This document shows positions 52,217 to 63,965 of a DNA stretch of 64,000 bases, one piece after another. The stretch is from NCBI GenBank assembly GCA_026770705.1, contig JANJGN010000023.1, positions 37,944,001-38,008,000 on the forward strand. Reading direction: 5' to 3'. This DNA comes from Isurus oxyrinchus. Taxonomy: Eukaryota. The notes below the pieces were generated by a model. That model was not told where the DNA came from. It saw nothing but the letters and a program-made list of their open reading frames with translations, and did no database searches. Each line of letters starts with the position of its first letter. Positions within the stretch are counted from its first letter, which is position 1. The translations under genes and the position numbers were made by a program.

Positions 52217-52288
52217 GAATTTGAAGTCAAATCCATTAGAAGTAATTGAGAATGATGCTTTTGATAAATTGCCCTCAATGCAGTACCT
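52217..52288 (+). CDS. LRRC37: LRRC37-like exon 6 (72 bp, LRR5: NLKSNPLEVIENDAFDKLPSMQYL)
   Basis: aacag acceptor, gtgagt donor, LRR consensus. Confidence 0.93.
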
Positions 52289-54779
52289 GTGAGTATCCAG
52301 AATTGAAATACCCGTGAGTAGCAAGACACCTAAAACAATCTCTGTGGCTTTGCGGAAGGACTTTCTTAGAAAATGTAATTACATCTTCTGCCCAATTCTC
52401 CATTTACCCAAAAGTTGCTAGAGGGCAGATTTGGCAAAGCCATGCCAAAGTGCAAATTGCAAATGTCATGCCTCGAATCCAATTCTTTTTAAACAAACTA
52501 GATTTTTGGAAACGTTTTGAGCAAGTTTCAACGATTATTTTCAGCACAGCTATAAGACCACAGGGGGCTTCCTGAAGTACAAAATGTCACAGAAATAATT
52601 TCTAAATACAAATTAAATAGTTTCAATATGGGTCTAAAAGTAGAAAATCAATAGAACCAAATGGTATGCATCTCAGAAGATATTGTGGAAAACACAATGG
52701 AGTTATTAAACCTGAATGGAGTCACTAAACTCCTGAACCACCTGTCGTGGAGAGACATTATAATTCATTAACATAATTAAATTGTGTTCCCACAGTACAT
52801 TTGTGAGCCTAATTTAAATTTTACAGTTGCTACGTGGGTTTCCAAGGGCTCAGGAAACCTGGCAGTAAATGAGAGGTGGGAGCTGCTTGCTACCCAAAGC
52901 AAGTGACTTTTACAGCACCCTTTGTAGGTCAAGAGGAACAAGAGTTCACCCCGTGTCCCCTTAAGGATGCCACATCCTCCCCCAACTGATCATAGCCTCG
53001 CTCCCCCCCCCCACCTGCTGATAGTGGCTAAACCCCCCATTTGTCGGGAATGATCTCTAAGAGTCTCCTGCCCATGGGTTTCCTACACACAAAGCTGGCA
53101 AAGCAGGGTCCCAGGAGGGAAATGGAAGAAAAACTGTTCGAAGTTTGGCTGTAAAATTCTGCAGAACCTCCCTGTAATGGGCCTTGCTGGGTTCCTTGCC
53201 ATTTCTAGCCCCTGTTGCACATTCCCCATCTCCCCATAAATACTCAGGCTTATGATTCCAGAATTTTTAATATGAAATGGAATTAGTGAACATTTAGAAC
53301 AGTGTTGTCCAATGGAAATCACTGACTGGCCATGGATACAGCTGCGGCGATATGCTTTTAGCCACTTGCACTAGTTTTAATAGAAAATGCCAAAGGCATT
53401 ATGCAGGTACTTACAAAACAAAATTTGTAATTCTGGCATGAATCTATCTTAGTGCAGCTTATAGGTTTTTTTTCCAGCATCACTGAGCAGCAGGTACTTG
53501 GACTGTATTAGAATGATCGCTGAAAATGTTGACTAGTACAATGAGATGCAGCAAACCCGCCATTGTTTTCCGTTCAGAACCAGGTTAGAGGCTGGTTGCC
53601 CTTTTCCCTGAAACGACCTGTTGGAGCTGTTGGCTGGGCTTGCATCTGTTTGGTGGCCCAAAGCTGTTACTCTGATTGATTGAGTTGATTATGATGATAG
53701 CTCCACTTTCTGTACAATGTTTTTGCTTTCACCTATGGGATGCATCATTTTAACAGATGATTCATAAGCAAGGAAGTAAAGCACACATGACAGTCAAAAA
53801 CACTCGCACTGTTTTCTCTTACTATTTTGCCAACAAACGCATAGGGCAGACTTTGATGTTTGTCGGGTGGGCGGAGCCGACCCAATCGATGGTAGGTGCG
53901 TAGCTGATCTCCCCTGGTGAAATGGGCCGTGCCGCCATTTTGCGCAGGCCTGCCAATTAAGGCCCGCCCAGCGCGTTTCAGACTCCTGTGTTCAGCGTGA
54001 AATTCAAATCTGCAGTGGGCGTGTACAGACCACCGGTTCCTTTAGGCTGTTCACCATGGCCTGCGATTGGGCTCCAGAAGAGGGCAGGGCAGAGGAGGAG
54101 GGGGGCAGGCTGCAGGGCAGGCCAGCAGAGGGCCAATGTGCCCCTTTGTTCTCTGATGCCTGCCTTGATGCCCTCCTCGAAGAGGTGGCACATCATCGGG
54201 AGATGTTGTTTTACAAGGATGGGAGGAGGAGGGCCCCCCACGTGACCAGGCAGGCGTGGCAGGAGGTGGCGGAGGTAGTAAACTCTCAAGATGCTGTGCG
54301 GTGCACAGGAACGCAGTGCCGCAAGCGCTTCAATGATTTGTTGCGCTCTGGAAGGGTGAGGACCATGTCGGCCTTGGCCATTTAACCCAGCAGGTAGCCT
54401 CAGCCTTTGAACCCCACCCCCATCCCACGTCTTAGTGTCGTTACTGCATTGGGCATTTGACGCACGCTGGGTGGACAAACAGATAGTGACCATGCTTACA
54501 TCAGCCATAGTGGTTGAGGAGAAGATGGGTTCTCCCTGCAACAAATGTTGGTGTTTGTCGCACTTGAGTAGTCTGGGGGCAACCTGCAGGAGGCAGCTAG
54601 ATACAAACTCAGAACTCCAACACATGTCTTATTGAGGGTGATGAGATGGTGCAAGGGGAACCTCAAGGTGTCGTGGACAAGATAAAAACAAAAAAACTGC
54701 AGATGCTGGAAATCCAAAACAAAAACAGAATTACCTGGAAAAACTCAGCAGGTCCGGCAGCATCAGCAGAGAAGAAAAG

Positions 54780-54818
54780 AGTTAACGTTTCGAGTCCTCA
54801 TGACCCTTCGACAGAACT
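54780..54818 (-). ncRNA. Hammerhead-like motif in the inverted pLTR
   Basis: Same motif, with GUU in place of GUC. Confidence 0.65.
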
Positions 54819-55009
54819 TGAGTTCGAGTCCAAGAAAGAGTTGAAATATAAGCTGGTTTAAGGTGTGTGTGTGGGGGGCGGAGAGATAGAGAGAGAGAGA
54901 GGTTGGGGTTGGGGGGGGGGATGTGATTGTGTGGACAAACAAGCAGTGATAGAAGCAGATCATCAAAAGATGTCAACGACAATGGTACAATAGAACACAT
55001 AGGTGTTAA

Positions 55010-56834
55010 TGTCCAACCCTGACATTGTCATCAAACCCGCTGACAAGGGTGGTGCTGTTGTTGTTTGGTGCACTGACCTCTACCTCGCGGAGGCTGAGCG
55101 TCAACTCGCAGACACTTCCTCCTACGTCTCCCTGGACCATGACCCCACCACTGAGCATCAAGCCATTGTTTCCAGGACTGTCACTGACCTCATCTCCTCT
55201 GGGGATCTCCCTCTCACAGCTTCCAACCTGATAGTCGCCCAACCTCGGACAGCCCGCTTCTATCTCCTACCCAAAATCCACAAACAGAACTGCCCCGGTA
55301 GACCGATCGTCTCAGCTTGCTCCTGCCCCACAGAACTCATTTCTCGGTATCTTGACTCCCTTCTCTCTCCCCTTGTCCAGTCCCTTCCCACCTACATCCG
55401 TGATTCCTCTGACACCTTACGTCACATCAATAATTTCCAGTTCCCTGGCCCCAACCGCTTCCTCTTCACCATGGACGTCCAATCCCTCTACACCTCCATC
55501 CCCCACCAGGATGGTCTGAGGGCCCTTAGCTTCTTCCTCGAACAGAGGCCCGAACAATCCCCATCCACCACTACTGTCCTCCGTCTGGCTGAACTTGTTC
55601 TCACGCTGAACAATTTCTCCTTCAACTCCTCTCACTTCCTCCAAATAAAAGGTGTGGCTATGGGTACCCGCATGGGCCCCAGCTATGCCTGTCTCTTTAT
55701 GGGGTATGTGGAACATTCCTTGATACTGTCCTACTCCAGCCCCCTTCCACAACTCTTTCTCCGGTACATCGATGATTACTTCGGTGCCGCTTCATGCTCT
55801 CGTCGGGACTTGGAAAAATTTATTAATTTTGCTTCCAATCTCCACCCCTCCATCATTTTCACGTGGTCCATCTCTGACACTTCCCTTCCCTTCCTTGACC
55901 TCTCTGTCTCAATCTATGGTGATAGACTGTCCACCAATATCCATTACAAACCCACCGACTCCCACAGCTACCTCGACTACAGCTCCTCACACCCCGCTTC
56001 CTGTAAGGACTCCATCCCATTCTCCCAGTTCCCTCGCCTCCGTTGCATCTGTTCCGATGATGCTACCTTCAAAAACAGTTCCTCTGACATGTCCTCCTTC
56101 TTCCTTAACCGAGGTTTTCCACCCACGGTCGTTGACAGGGCCCTCAACCGTGTCTGGCCCATCTCCCGCGCATCCGCCCTCACGCCTTCTCCTCCCTCCC
56201 AGAAACATGATAGGGTCCCCCTTGTCCTCACTTATCACCCCACCAGCCTCCGCATTCAAAGGATCATCCTCCGCCATTTCCGCCAACTCCAGCATGATGC
56301 CACCACCAAACACATCTTCCCTTCACCCCCCTTATCGGCATTCCGTAGGGATTGCTCCCTCCGGGACACCCTGGTCCATTCCTCCATCACCCCCTACTCC
56401 TCAACCCCTCCTATGGCACCACCCCATGCCCACGCAAAAGATGTAACACCTGCCCCTTCACTTCCTCTCTCCTCACCGTCCAAGGGCCCAAACACTTCTT
56501 TCAAGTGAAGCAGCATTTCACTTGTATTTCCCCCAACTTAGTCTACTGCATTCGTTGCTCCCAATGTGGTCTCCTCTACATTGGAGAGACCAAACGTAAA
56601 CTGGGCGACCGCTTTGCAGAACACCTGCGGTCTGTCCGCAAGAATGACCCAAACCTCCCTGTCGCTTTCCATTTTAACACTCCACCCTGCTCTCTTGCCC
56701 ACATGTCTGTCCTTGGCTTGCTGCATTGTTCCAGTGAAGCCCAACGCAAACTGGAGGAACAACACCTCATCTTCCGACTAGGCACCTTACAGCCTTCCGG
56801 ACTGAATATTGAATTCAACAACTTTAGGTCGTGA
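55010..56834 (+). pseudogene. PLE RT + GIY-YIG ORF, 5'-truncated, one frameshift near 56410
   Basis: KPADKG, YLLPKIHK, GRPIVS, MDVQSLYT, GVAMG, RYIDD, FLD, KPT; then CPRKRCNTC linker and VYCIRC..C...YIGET...RFAEH...E..LI..L.T..P.GLN. Confidence 0.93.
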
Positions 56835-57129
56835 GCTCCCTCCCCCATCCCCACCCCATTTCTGTTTCCCCCTTCCTTTTTTTTCCAATAAATTATAAAG
56901 ATTTTCCTTTTCCCACCTATTTCCATTATATAAAAAAAAACCCCACTAGAGCTATACCTTGAGTGCCCTACCATCCATTCTTAATTAGCACATTCGTTTA
57001 GATAATATCACCAACTTTAACTTTAACACCTATGTGTTCTATTGTACCATTGTCGTTGACATCTTTTGATGATCTGCTTCTATCACTGCTTGTTTGTCCA
57101 CACAACCACATCCCCCCCCCAACCCCAGC

Positions 57130-57160
<31 letters not shown>

Positions 57161-57222
57161 CGCCCCCCACACACACAGCTTAAACCAGCTTATATTTCAA
57201 CTCTTTCTTGGACTCGAACCCA

Positions 57223-57261
57223 AGTTCTGTCGAAGGGTCATGAGGACTCGAAACGTCAACT
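57223..57261 (+). ncRNA. Minimal type-I hammerhead ribozyme-like motif (variant core)
   Basis: AGUU-CUGUCGA-A-GGGUC(augag)GACUC-GAAA-CGUC^AACU: stem I AGUU/AACU, stem II GGGUC/GACUC, palindromic ACGU stem III, GUC site. Confidence 0.72.
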
Positions 57262-57859
57262 CTTTTCTTCTCTGCTGATGCTGCCGGACCTGCTGAGTTT
57301 TTCCAGGTAATTCTGTTTTTGTCGTGGACAAGAGTCTCCTTGCCATCGGCGCTAGGATCCATGTGTCATTCAAAATGTTAGACGCTGAATATGTCCAAGG
57401 TGGCCATTGGGGGAGGGGTTTGGGAGCAGCCGTACTATCTTCTGGTGACTGATTACCAGTAGTGTGGACAGGAGCAGCTGGAGGCCTCAGATGGGTCACT
57501 ATGATTGGGGTGTGGCATGTACGTGCAGAGTACATGAGCGATCAGCCCAAATAAATGCTCTTCTCTTCTGCAGGCAAAAACAGAGCACAATAGCTGGGAA
57601 TATTTGTGGACTGGTGGTGGGCACGCCGTGCACCACATTTGAGGAGCACATGGAGCTGAGGAGGAGGCAAGCGGCCAGGTCGGCAGGTGTTGGCGAGGCT
57701 AGGGTGCAGCGTCAGGTATTTGAGGCCTATAGTCCCATCCGCTCTGTCTCCCCACCATCCAAAGCACTGATGATTGCTGCAATCATTAATGCAGCAACAC
57801 TGCTCATTCACAGACTGAAACAGTCAGACGTGTGGGTCATACGCAAAGGTTCCTCGGCC

Positions 57860-58680
57860 CCTTGAGGATGCGCATCTCTAGCACCTTCCAAAGTCGCCTT
57901 ATCCCATTTGTGACCACTATTCCCATGGCCTGACATGTCATGGCATTGCTGCTGCACATCCAAATACTTATTGCATCTTAGGAGGGTTTGTACCTCCACC
58001 ACTCTTTCAGCCAGTGCGTCCCACATTACTCTGTCTAAAATGTCCTCAGCACCTCACCTGTCAACCTCATGGTACTCAACTTAAATAAATGCCACCATGT
58101 TAGTCATCCCTCCGCCAAGGGAAAATGTTGCCTTCTGTCCACCCGTTCCATGCCGCTCATAACGGTATGAAGGTCAATAATGTGACCTGTTAATCTCCTG
58201 TGCTCCACGGCAAATGTCGCAAGTTATGCAATGGTTCCTCATAATTCCAACTATCCAGGCCAGCATGCATTCAGGTCAGGAACCTCTGCATTCTCCCCAC
58301 TCCAATGCCATCCCTCCCATGAAGCGCAGGTCACAACTGAACGCAGAAGTGTAGATGTGGCCTCGACAGCATTTTCTGCACTTGCAACATGCCCTCCCTT
58401 TTCCTACATTCTGTTCCTCAGCTAATAAAGGTAAGTCTGGCTTTGACCTTGTTAAATGCCTTATGTTCCTGTTCTGCTACCTTAATGGGTCTGCCCAGCA
58501 AGGTCCCTGTAATCGTCGTGACTTTCTACGGTCCTACCATTACTCATGTATTCCCGTACCTTGTTTGTCTTGCCCAAATGCTTAACCGCACACTTATCCA
58601 CATAACATTCCATGTGGCATTCCTTAGGCCATCTGACCAACCTGTCTGTATGTGCGTGTAATGTTTGGGCCTCCACCGCA
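57860..58680 (-). mobile_element. Highly diverged CR1 3' fragment in Harbinger Myb intron 2
   Basis: Minus ORFs WDALAERVVE...CNKYLD and KCAVKHLGKTN resemble the CR1 ORF2 C-terminus. Confidence 0.6.
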
Positions 58681-60069
58681 CCAATGTTCATTTCCTTAGG
58701 TTCTTGAAGGTTGAGCGCATTATGAGCCTGGGGGGGGGAAAGAGATGAATGGTGTTACTGACTGAACGCTAACTGATGCACAGTCCCTGTTGTTAATTTC
58801 AGCATCATCACTGCATGGCCGCCAGCAACAAGTCCAGAGCTCCCTCTCCACACCTTAGGGGCATCACTTGCAACTTGCATCACATCATTTCAGCGAGCCA
58901 GGCACCAGCGCAGCGACTACCACATCAGTGAGGAATATAACGTCGGCTAGTGTCCCGGGACACAGTGGAGAAGGCACTTCACAATCGCTGGAGGAGATGG
59001 CATGGACAGAGAGTGCCGATGGCGCGAGCAGCCAGATGACTGCAGAGGACCAGGCACATGCTGAGTTGGGCAGTGATGATGTGCCTCTGGAGATGTCAGC
59101 CATGCAGCAGCTGCAGGACAAGCGGCAGGGTGCGCGGGAGCATCTGGCAGGGTTGCATGAGGGTGTGCTTCACTTAGTCTCTCTGGTGGACGAATCCAAG
59201 CAGAGTGTCAGCGATGGCAGGAACCTCAGCGTCAGGCTTCCTCCATTGAGAGATTGGCGACTCTCATGGAGAGGGGCTTCCAACAGATTGAGAATCATCT
59301 GATGGGGTTACTCTCGGACCTGCAAACCCTCACAGTGCTAATGGCCACTGGTGGTCATTGGCAATGTGGGAGATGTTCTGGGCACCAAGTGTCCCAGCTC
59401 GGTGCCCATTCATCTGTGGTGAGCAGGGAGGTCCAATGGGACCTCACATCAGTGCAGCAGCTGCCTGTCGTCACTGTGAGCTCCTCTCAGGGCGCTCTGG
59501 ATGAAGGCAGCAGCTCCTCTGCCCCTCAGCCAGTAACTTGCATCCATTGAGGTTGCAACAACTGGGGAGGTGCCAGTTCTGGAACTGGCCATTGCCTCCC
59601 AGGCGGGGCCAGCACAGGCTCCACGGGCCAGAGGACGTCTGCCAAGGTCATCGAGGCCAACAGGACAGCAGAATCAGCAGGCTGTCTCACAAGCCACTCC
59701 GAGTGATGGGGTGGCACCAAAACGTAGCACCCACAAACATAAGCATAAGGCACGTTAGGCCTTCCACGGGTTTGTCACTGGTGATTTTGTGTTGGCCCTA
59801 GATTAGGGAATATTTCATTATCAACCCCAGAGCGACGTTTGTAGTTTTTTTTGGTGGTAATAAAGTCCACATTTCTGACCATGGCTGAGGTTGTTTCCTT
59901 TGTGCTGCCTTTGTATGTTTCACAGACATATCATGAGTGTTTGAGTGGACATCGATGTTTATGTACCAAACCCTTAGTTGCAGCTGATGAGGTGGAAGAT
60001 GGAGCACCTAAGTGCCACATGTGGAAGCGCCAGGCAATGCTGGTCCTACGGATCCATGTGTGTGGAGCC

Positions 60070-61264
60070 AGCTGAAGGTTCGTTGGATTAAAGTGTCCCG
60101 GATGTCCCTGCCTCCTTGGTGTAGTAGTGGGTCAGCGTGCCCTGTGCTTCCTCAACCTCTGAACCACTGCTGGATTCATCATGTGCAGCCTCATCCACTT
60201 TGTCAAGGTCTTCATCGTCAACTGCATCCCTCCTTTCCAGCGCAAGATTGTGCAGAGTGCAGCATGCTACCACTATCAGAGAGATGCAATCTGGCGGGTA
60301 CTGAGTGGTCCAGGCAAAGAAAGCGCATCTTGAGAAGACCAATGGCTCTCTCCACCACGGCCCTTGTGGTGCCCTGGCTCCTATCGTAGCGCTGCTCAGC
60401 TTCTGTTCTTGGATGGCGGAGATGTGTCATGAGCCACCTTCTGAGGGGATAACCCTTGTCACCCACCAGTCATCCATCCAGCCGTGCGGGAGCACTGAAG
60501 AGCCCCGGCACCTGGGAGTGTCTGAGGATGTATGCGTCATGTGAGCTGGATACTTTGCACAAACTTGCAGAATCTACATCCTGTGATCACACACTATCTG
60601 CAGTTCATGGAGTGGAAGCCCTTCCTGTTGACAAAGGCACCGGGCTCACCTGCTGGCACCTTGATGGCCACATGTGTGCAGTCTATTGCACCCTGGACGC
60701 GGGGGAAGCCAGCAATGGCCACAAAGCCTCTGGCTCACTGTGCCTGACTTGCCTGCTCGCAGCGGAATTGGATGAAGGTCAATGCACATCTGAACAGAGC
60801 GTCTGTAATCTGTTTGACACAAGTGTGGACAGCTGATTGGGAGACACCGCAAAGATCACCCACCAAGCCCTGGAAGGAGCCAGAGGCATAGAAGTTGAGG
60901 GCAGCTGTGACCTTCAGAGCCGCTGGCATGGGGTGTCCACCAACACAGTTGGGGGAGATCTCAGGGCCAATCATCTGATAGATATAGTTCACTGTCCCCT
61001 TTGACAGTTGGAGCCTCCTTCAGCACTGCACCTCAGTCATATTGAGGTAGCTGCTTCGCCGCCTGCATACCCTGGCAGCAGGATAGTGGCGTCATCTGCG
61101 GCTCCTTCCACCTTGGACAACCTCTTGGCCCTGCGCCCCTTGTGCCTGTGCCTGGCCTCCCAAAGGTGGCTCCCTTGGAGGCTGATTGTCCACTCCTGGC
61201 CTCCTCCTTGTTCTATCCCTCCCTCCACAGAGGAGCCGCCTCTGGTGGAGATGTCACAACGCAT
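60070..61264 (-). pseudogene. Harbinger DDE transposase, decayed
   Basis: ALNFYASGSFQGLVGDLCGVSQSAV; [13 protein letters not shown]; [16 protein letters not shown]; [10 protein letters not shown]. Confidence 0.9.
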
Positions 61265-61899
61265 ACCCCCAGGCTAAATGGAAGCCTCTGGAAAGCTGCA
61301 GGCCCAATAAAGATTACTGTCTACAGATTGCTGAGTTGAAGTTTCAAAGTACGGAGAAATCTGTCGGATATCGATCTGAACTGGTAACAATCACACAGGC
61401 AAGTTTAAAACATTTTCTGCAATAAATACTTCAGATAAAACATTAACAACCCCTCTAAGCCCACATATCCCGCCTGTGGATGAGGTTTGTTAAAAAATAA
61501 CTTACTCGCCTGCCCATTATGCCTGTGCGCCAAGGCGAAGATCGCACGGGCACCTCAAAATCAGCGTCGACTGCCGAGTTAAGGGCCTTAACAAGGCCTT
61601 TAATTAACGGCGGGCGCGTGTCGCACTTCATCGCGCGTCTGCCCAGCTAAGTATCGCGATTGCACGTGCTGACATCGGCACGCTCGCCCGACGTCAGCAC
61701 GTGACATTTTAAGTGCTGACATGCGGGGTTGCCACCTGTACATCATCCAGAAAATTCTGCCCATGGTTAAAGTATACCTGCATATGCTATGCAAATGAGT
61801 ATTGAGATCGCACGCCCACAACTGTAACTCTTTATTTTTTACTTTCAAGTCAAAAATGCAATTAGCCACAGTTGGATTCTCAATTAGTCACATATGCTT

Positions 61900-62280
61900 A
61901 GTGACTAGTGTATTGAATGACAGTAACTTAGGCATGGGCAACTTAAAGGTAGTCAACAGAATTTGCAAAGTAATGCTCGACCAATTTAATTAAATCTGTT
62001 GAGGAAATTAGATAAAGGACATGTGATGAGTGTTGTATATATGGATTTTTAGAAGGAGTTTGAGAAAGCACCACATAAGAGGCTTGTTACGAAAGTAACA
62101 TGACATGCACTTATTGGAAATGCGGCTTCATGGATGTAGAGACAGCTAAGGAACAGAAAGGTGAAAAGCAGCTTTTTAATTCAGTGATATGTGTGTAGTG
62201 GTTTGCCCTAGGGATTTGCACTGGACCTCGTTTTTTCATTTATATTCTTCTCAAGGACATAAGCATAAGAGAATGTTGCT
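61900..62280 (+). mobile_element. CR1 RT fragment
   Basis: gtatatatggatttttagaaggagtttgagaaagcaccacat (VYMDF.K.F.K.PH). Confidence 0.6.
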
Positions 62281-62289
62281 GGTGATTCA

Positions 62290-63660
62290 GGACTAGTGGA
62301 CAATGCCACCCCAGAGGCTGCAGCAAGGCTGGTGGAAGGCTGCTAATTTTCTGTGGGGGTGGATTGTATCACTTTGGCATGGGTGACTGCAGTCTATGCT
62401 GGCTGACTGATAGGCAACAGTGAGGGCACTGGCAGAGTGGCCGTGGTGGGAGCATAAATATTGTCATCCTGAGAGAGGACAGCAGGCTCATGCTCTGAAA
62501 GCCTCATGCTCCATTGAGGACTGAGATCTGCACCCAAGATGGCAGCAATGTGAGCCTGCATGGCAGTGACCATGGATCTCATGACCTCTGTCTAACAACA
62601 CTGAGACATTGGAGAGAATCCACCTCTATTGCAGTGACTATCAGATGCTCTGTCATGGCTTGGTCTGCCAGTGCTCTCTTGGACTTGACCACCACATCAA
62701 TGATGGAAAGAATGGGCTCCAAGCTCTGTGCAGTGGCCTCTGCCAAGTTAGAACCAGACTCCTTCACAGTGACAGGAGGCTATCTAGCAGGCCTGGCAAT
62801 GTCCCAAGCATCTCAGTGTACATCGTCTTCAACATTCTCCTGTGGGATACCCTATTGATGCCTTCATCTGTATCCCCTGCCGCTGAGCTCATCTGCAACA
62901 TCGCCTTCTGGGGAGCTGGCATGTTAGCTATGTGTTCCTTCAGGCCTGGATGCAGCCAGTCCATGCCTGGAAACTCACTATGTATTGCTCCTGACTCTAC
63001 ACCAGTTTGTACAGTTTGTCAGTATCTGACCTGGTGGCCGGGACTGTAAGATCCACTCTGCCTTTTCTTCACTTTCATGGGGTAGGTCGTCCTCTTCTTC
63101 CTGCCTTTTTGAAGTTGTCCAGCCAGCAGTTCTTCTGTACCTGAAATCATACAAGCAGAAGAGAGGATGGGGGCAAGGGAAATGAGAGATGGGGAGGAAA
63201 ACAGGTGTTTGATGGTCACAACATCTCTAGCTTCCACTTGATGCCACATCTCAAAATGAGGGTGAAGGTCTTGTAAAGGTGTATAAAGTTGTCATTTACC
63301 ATCATCCTGGGCAAACTCTGCTGCACCAGATGCCATGGCTATGTCGCCTCTGGGCCCATGATGCGTTCCAGGGGAATCAGAGGATGGAGTCATGGAGCTC
63401 CCTTTCTGGTCATCTGCCTCTGCCTCCTATTATAGGCAGAAAGGAGTAGAATGTCAGCGATTGTGTGTCACTTTGCTTGGATGATGTGCCTGCCACTGCT
63501 GAATAGTTGGAGGTGTGCAGAGGCAGGGTGATGTGAGCATGATGTGTGTGACTGAGCTGCAGTATGTGAATGTTAGACATGAGGCATGAGTGCTAGGAAA
63601 TGCAGCTGTGTCTGGTTGCATAGAGCTTAGTGAGAGGTTGCTGGTGTATGGGGCATGATG
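62290..63660 (-). mobile_element. Old Harbinger Myb-gene remnant
   Basis: Similar to the remnants at 7100-7900 and 21600-22300 (LEPILS, AVLSQDDN-type segments). Confidence 0.4.
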
Positions 63661-63714
63661 TGCATATGAGAATGTGTAAGGTCATTGTATTTTTTGTGGC
63701 AATTTAAAAAATTA

Positions 63715-63965
63715 TTTCATGGGATATGGGCGTCGCTGGCTAGGCCAGCATTTTTATTGCCCATCCCTAATTTCCATTGAGAAGGTGGTGGTGGTGAGCT
63801 GCCTACTTGAACCGCTGCAGTCCAAATAGATACACCCACAGTGCTGTACAGGAGGGAGTTCCAGGATTTTGACCCAGCTACATTGAAGGAGCGGTGATAT
63901 AGTTCCAAGTCAGGATGGTGTGTGGCTTGGAGGGGAACTTGCAAGTGGGGGTGTTCTCATGCAAG
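63715..63965 (-). mobile_element. LINE family B 3' end
   Basis: ttcatgggatatgggcgtcgctggctaggccagc... tail. Confidence 0.8.

Larger units (their letters stand above)
809..52288 (+). other. LRRC37: LRRC37-like gene, 5' partial (6 coding exons; continues beyond the last exon found)
   Basis: Six exons splice in frame (all phase 2, GT-AG) to MAVAHVIVVLLLYRHLYIGLMQTATENTESQNASCPILCTCTSWLLSCIGAGKWHQLDNVPFIRGSSYIFNTL-ELGENDITSIQESNWLPYRWTEAL-DLHGNQLDTLQKDSFEGLILVKKL-NLSQNAIVKIAGYTFQALPFLETL-DLSENKVSTLLDGTFKSWHGLRFFRQL-NLKSNPLEVIENDAFDKLPSMQY. This matches repeat by repeat the LRRC37A/B LRR region as I recall it (W..Y.WTE.L, KDSFEGL, TF..LPFL, GTF..WHG..F, NPL...KLP). Confidence 0.85.
54683..57320 (+). 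mobile_element. Young 5'-truncated Penelope-like element (Neptune type) with 5' inverted pLTR
   Basis: 54683-55009 is the inverted copy of the 3' end plus a short extra tail; TSD tgtcgtggacaaga at 54669-54682 and 57320-57333. Confidence 0.95.
54056..59758 (+). pseudogene. Harbinger Myb/SANT gene (exons 54056-54355, 57574-57715, ~58803-59758)
   Basis: APLFSDACLDALLEEV...AWQEVAEVVNS...QCRKRFNDLLRSGR; GT-AG junctions; exon 3 is frameshifted. Confidence 0.82.
53844..61762. mobile_element. Full-length PIF/Harbinger transposon 2 (hosts a PLE and a CR1 fragment)
   Basis: TIRs GGGCAGACTTT / AAAATTCTGCCC; same Myb(+)/transposase(-) layout as element 1. Confidence 0.9.

Noticed and set aside
55003-56508. 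501-aa ORF as a host gene or telomerase
   Set aside because: It is a PLE RT inside a TSD-flanked element, 5'-truncated, with a start created by the inversion junction.
60070-61264. Domesticated HARBI1 or NAIF1/MSANTD-like host genes
   Set aside because: Frameshifted and enclosed by TIRs, with a second similar copy in the window.
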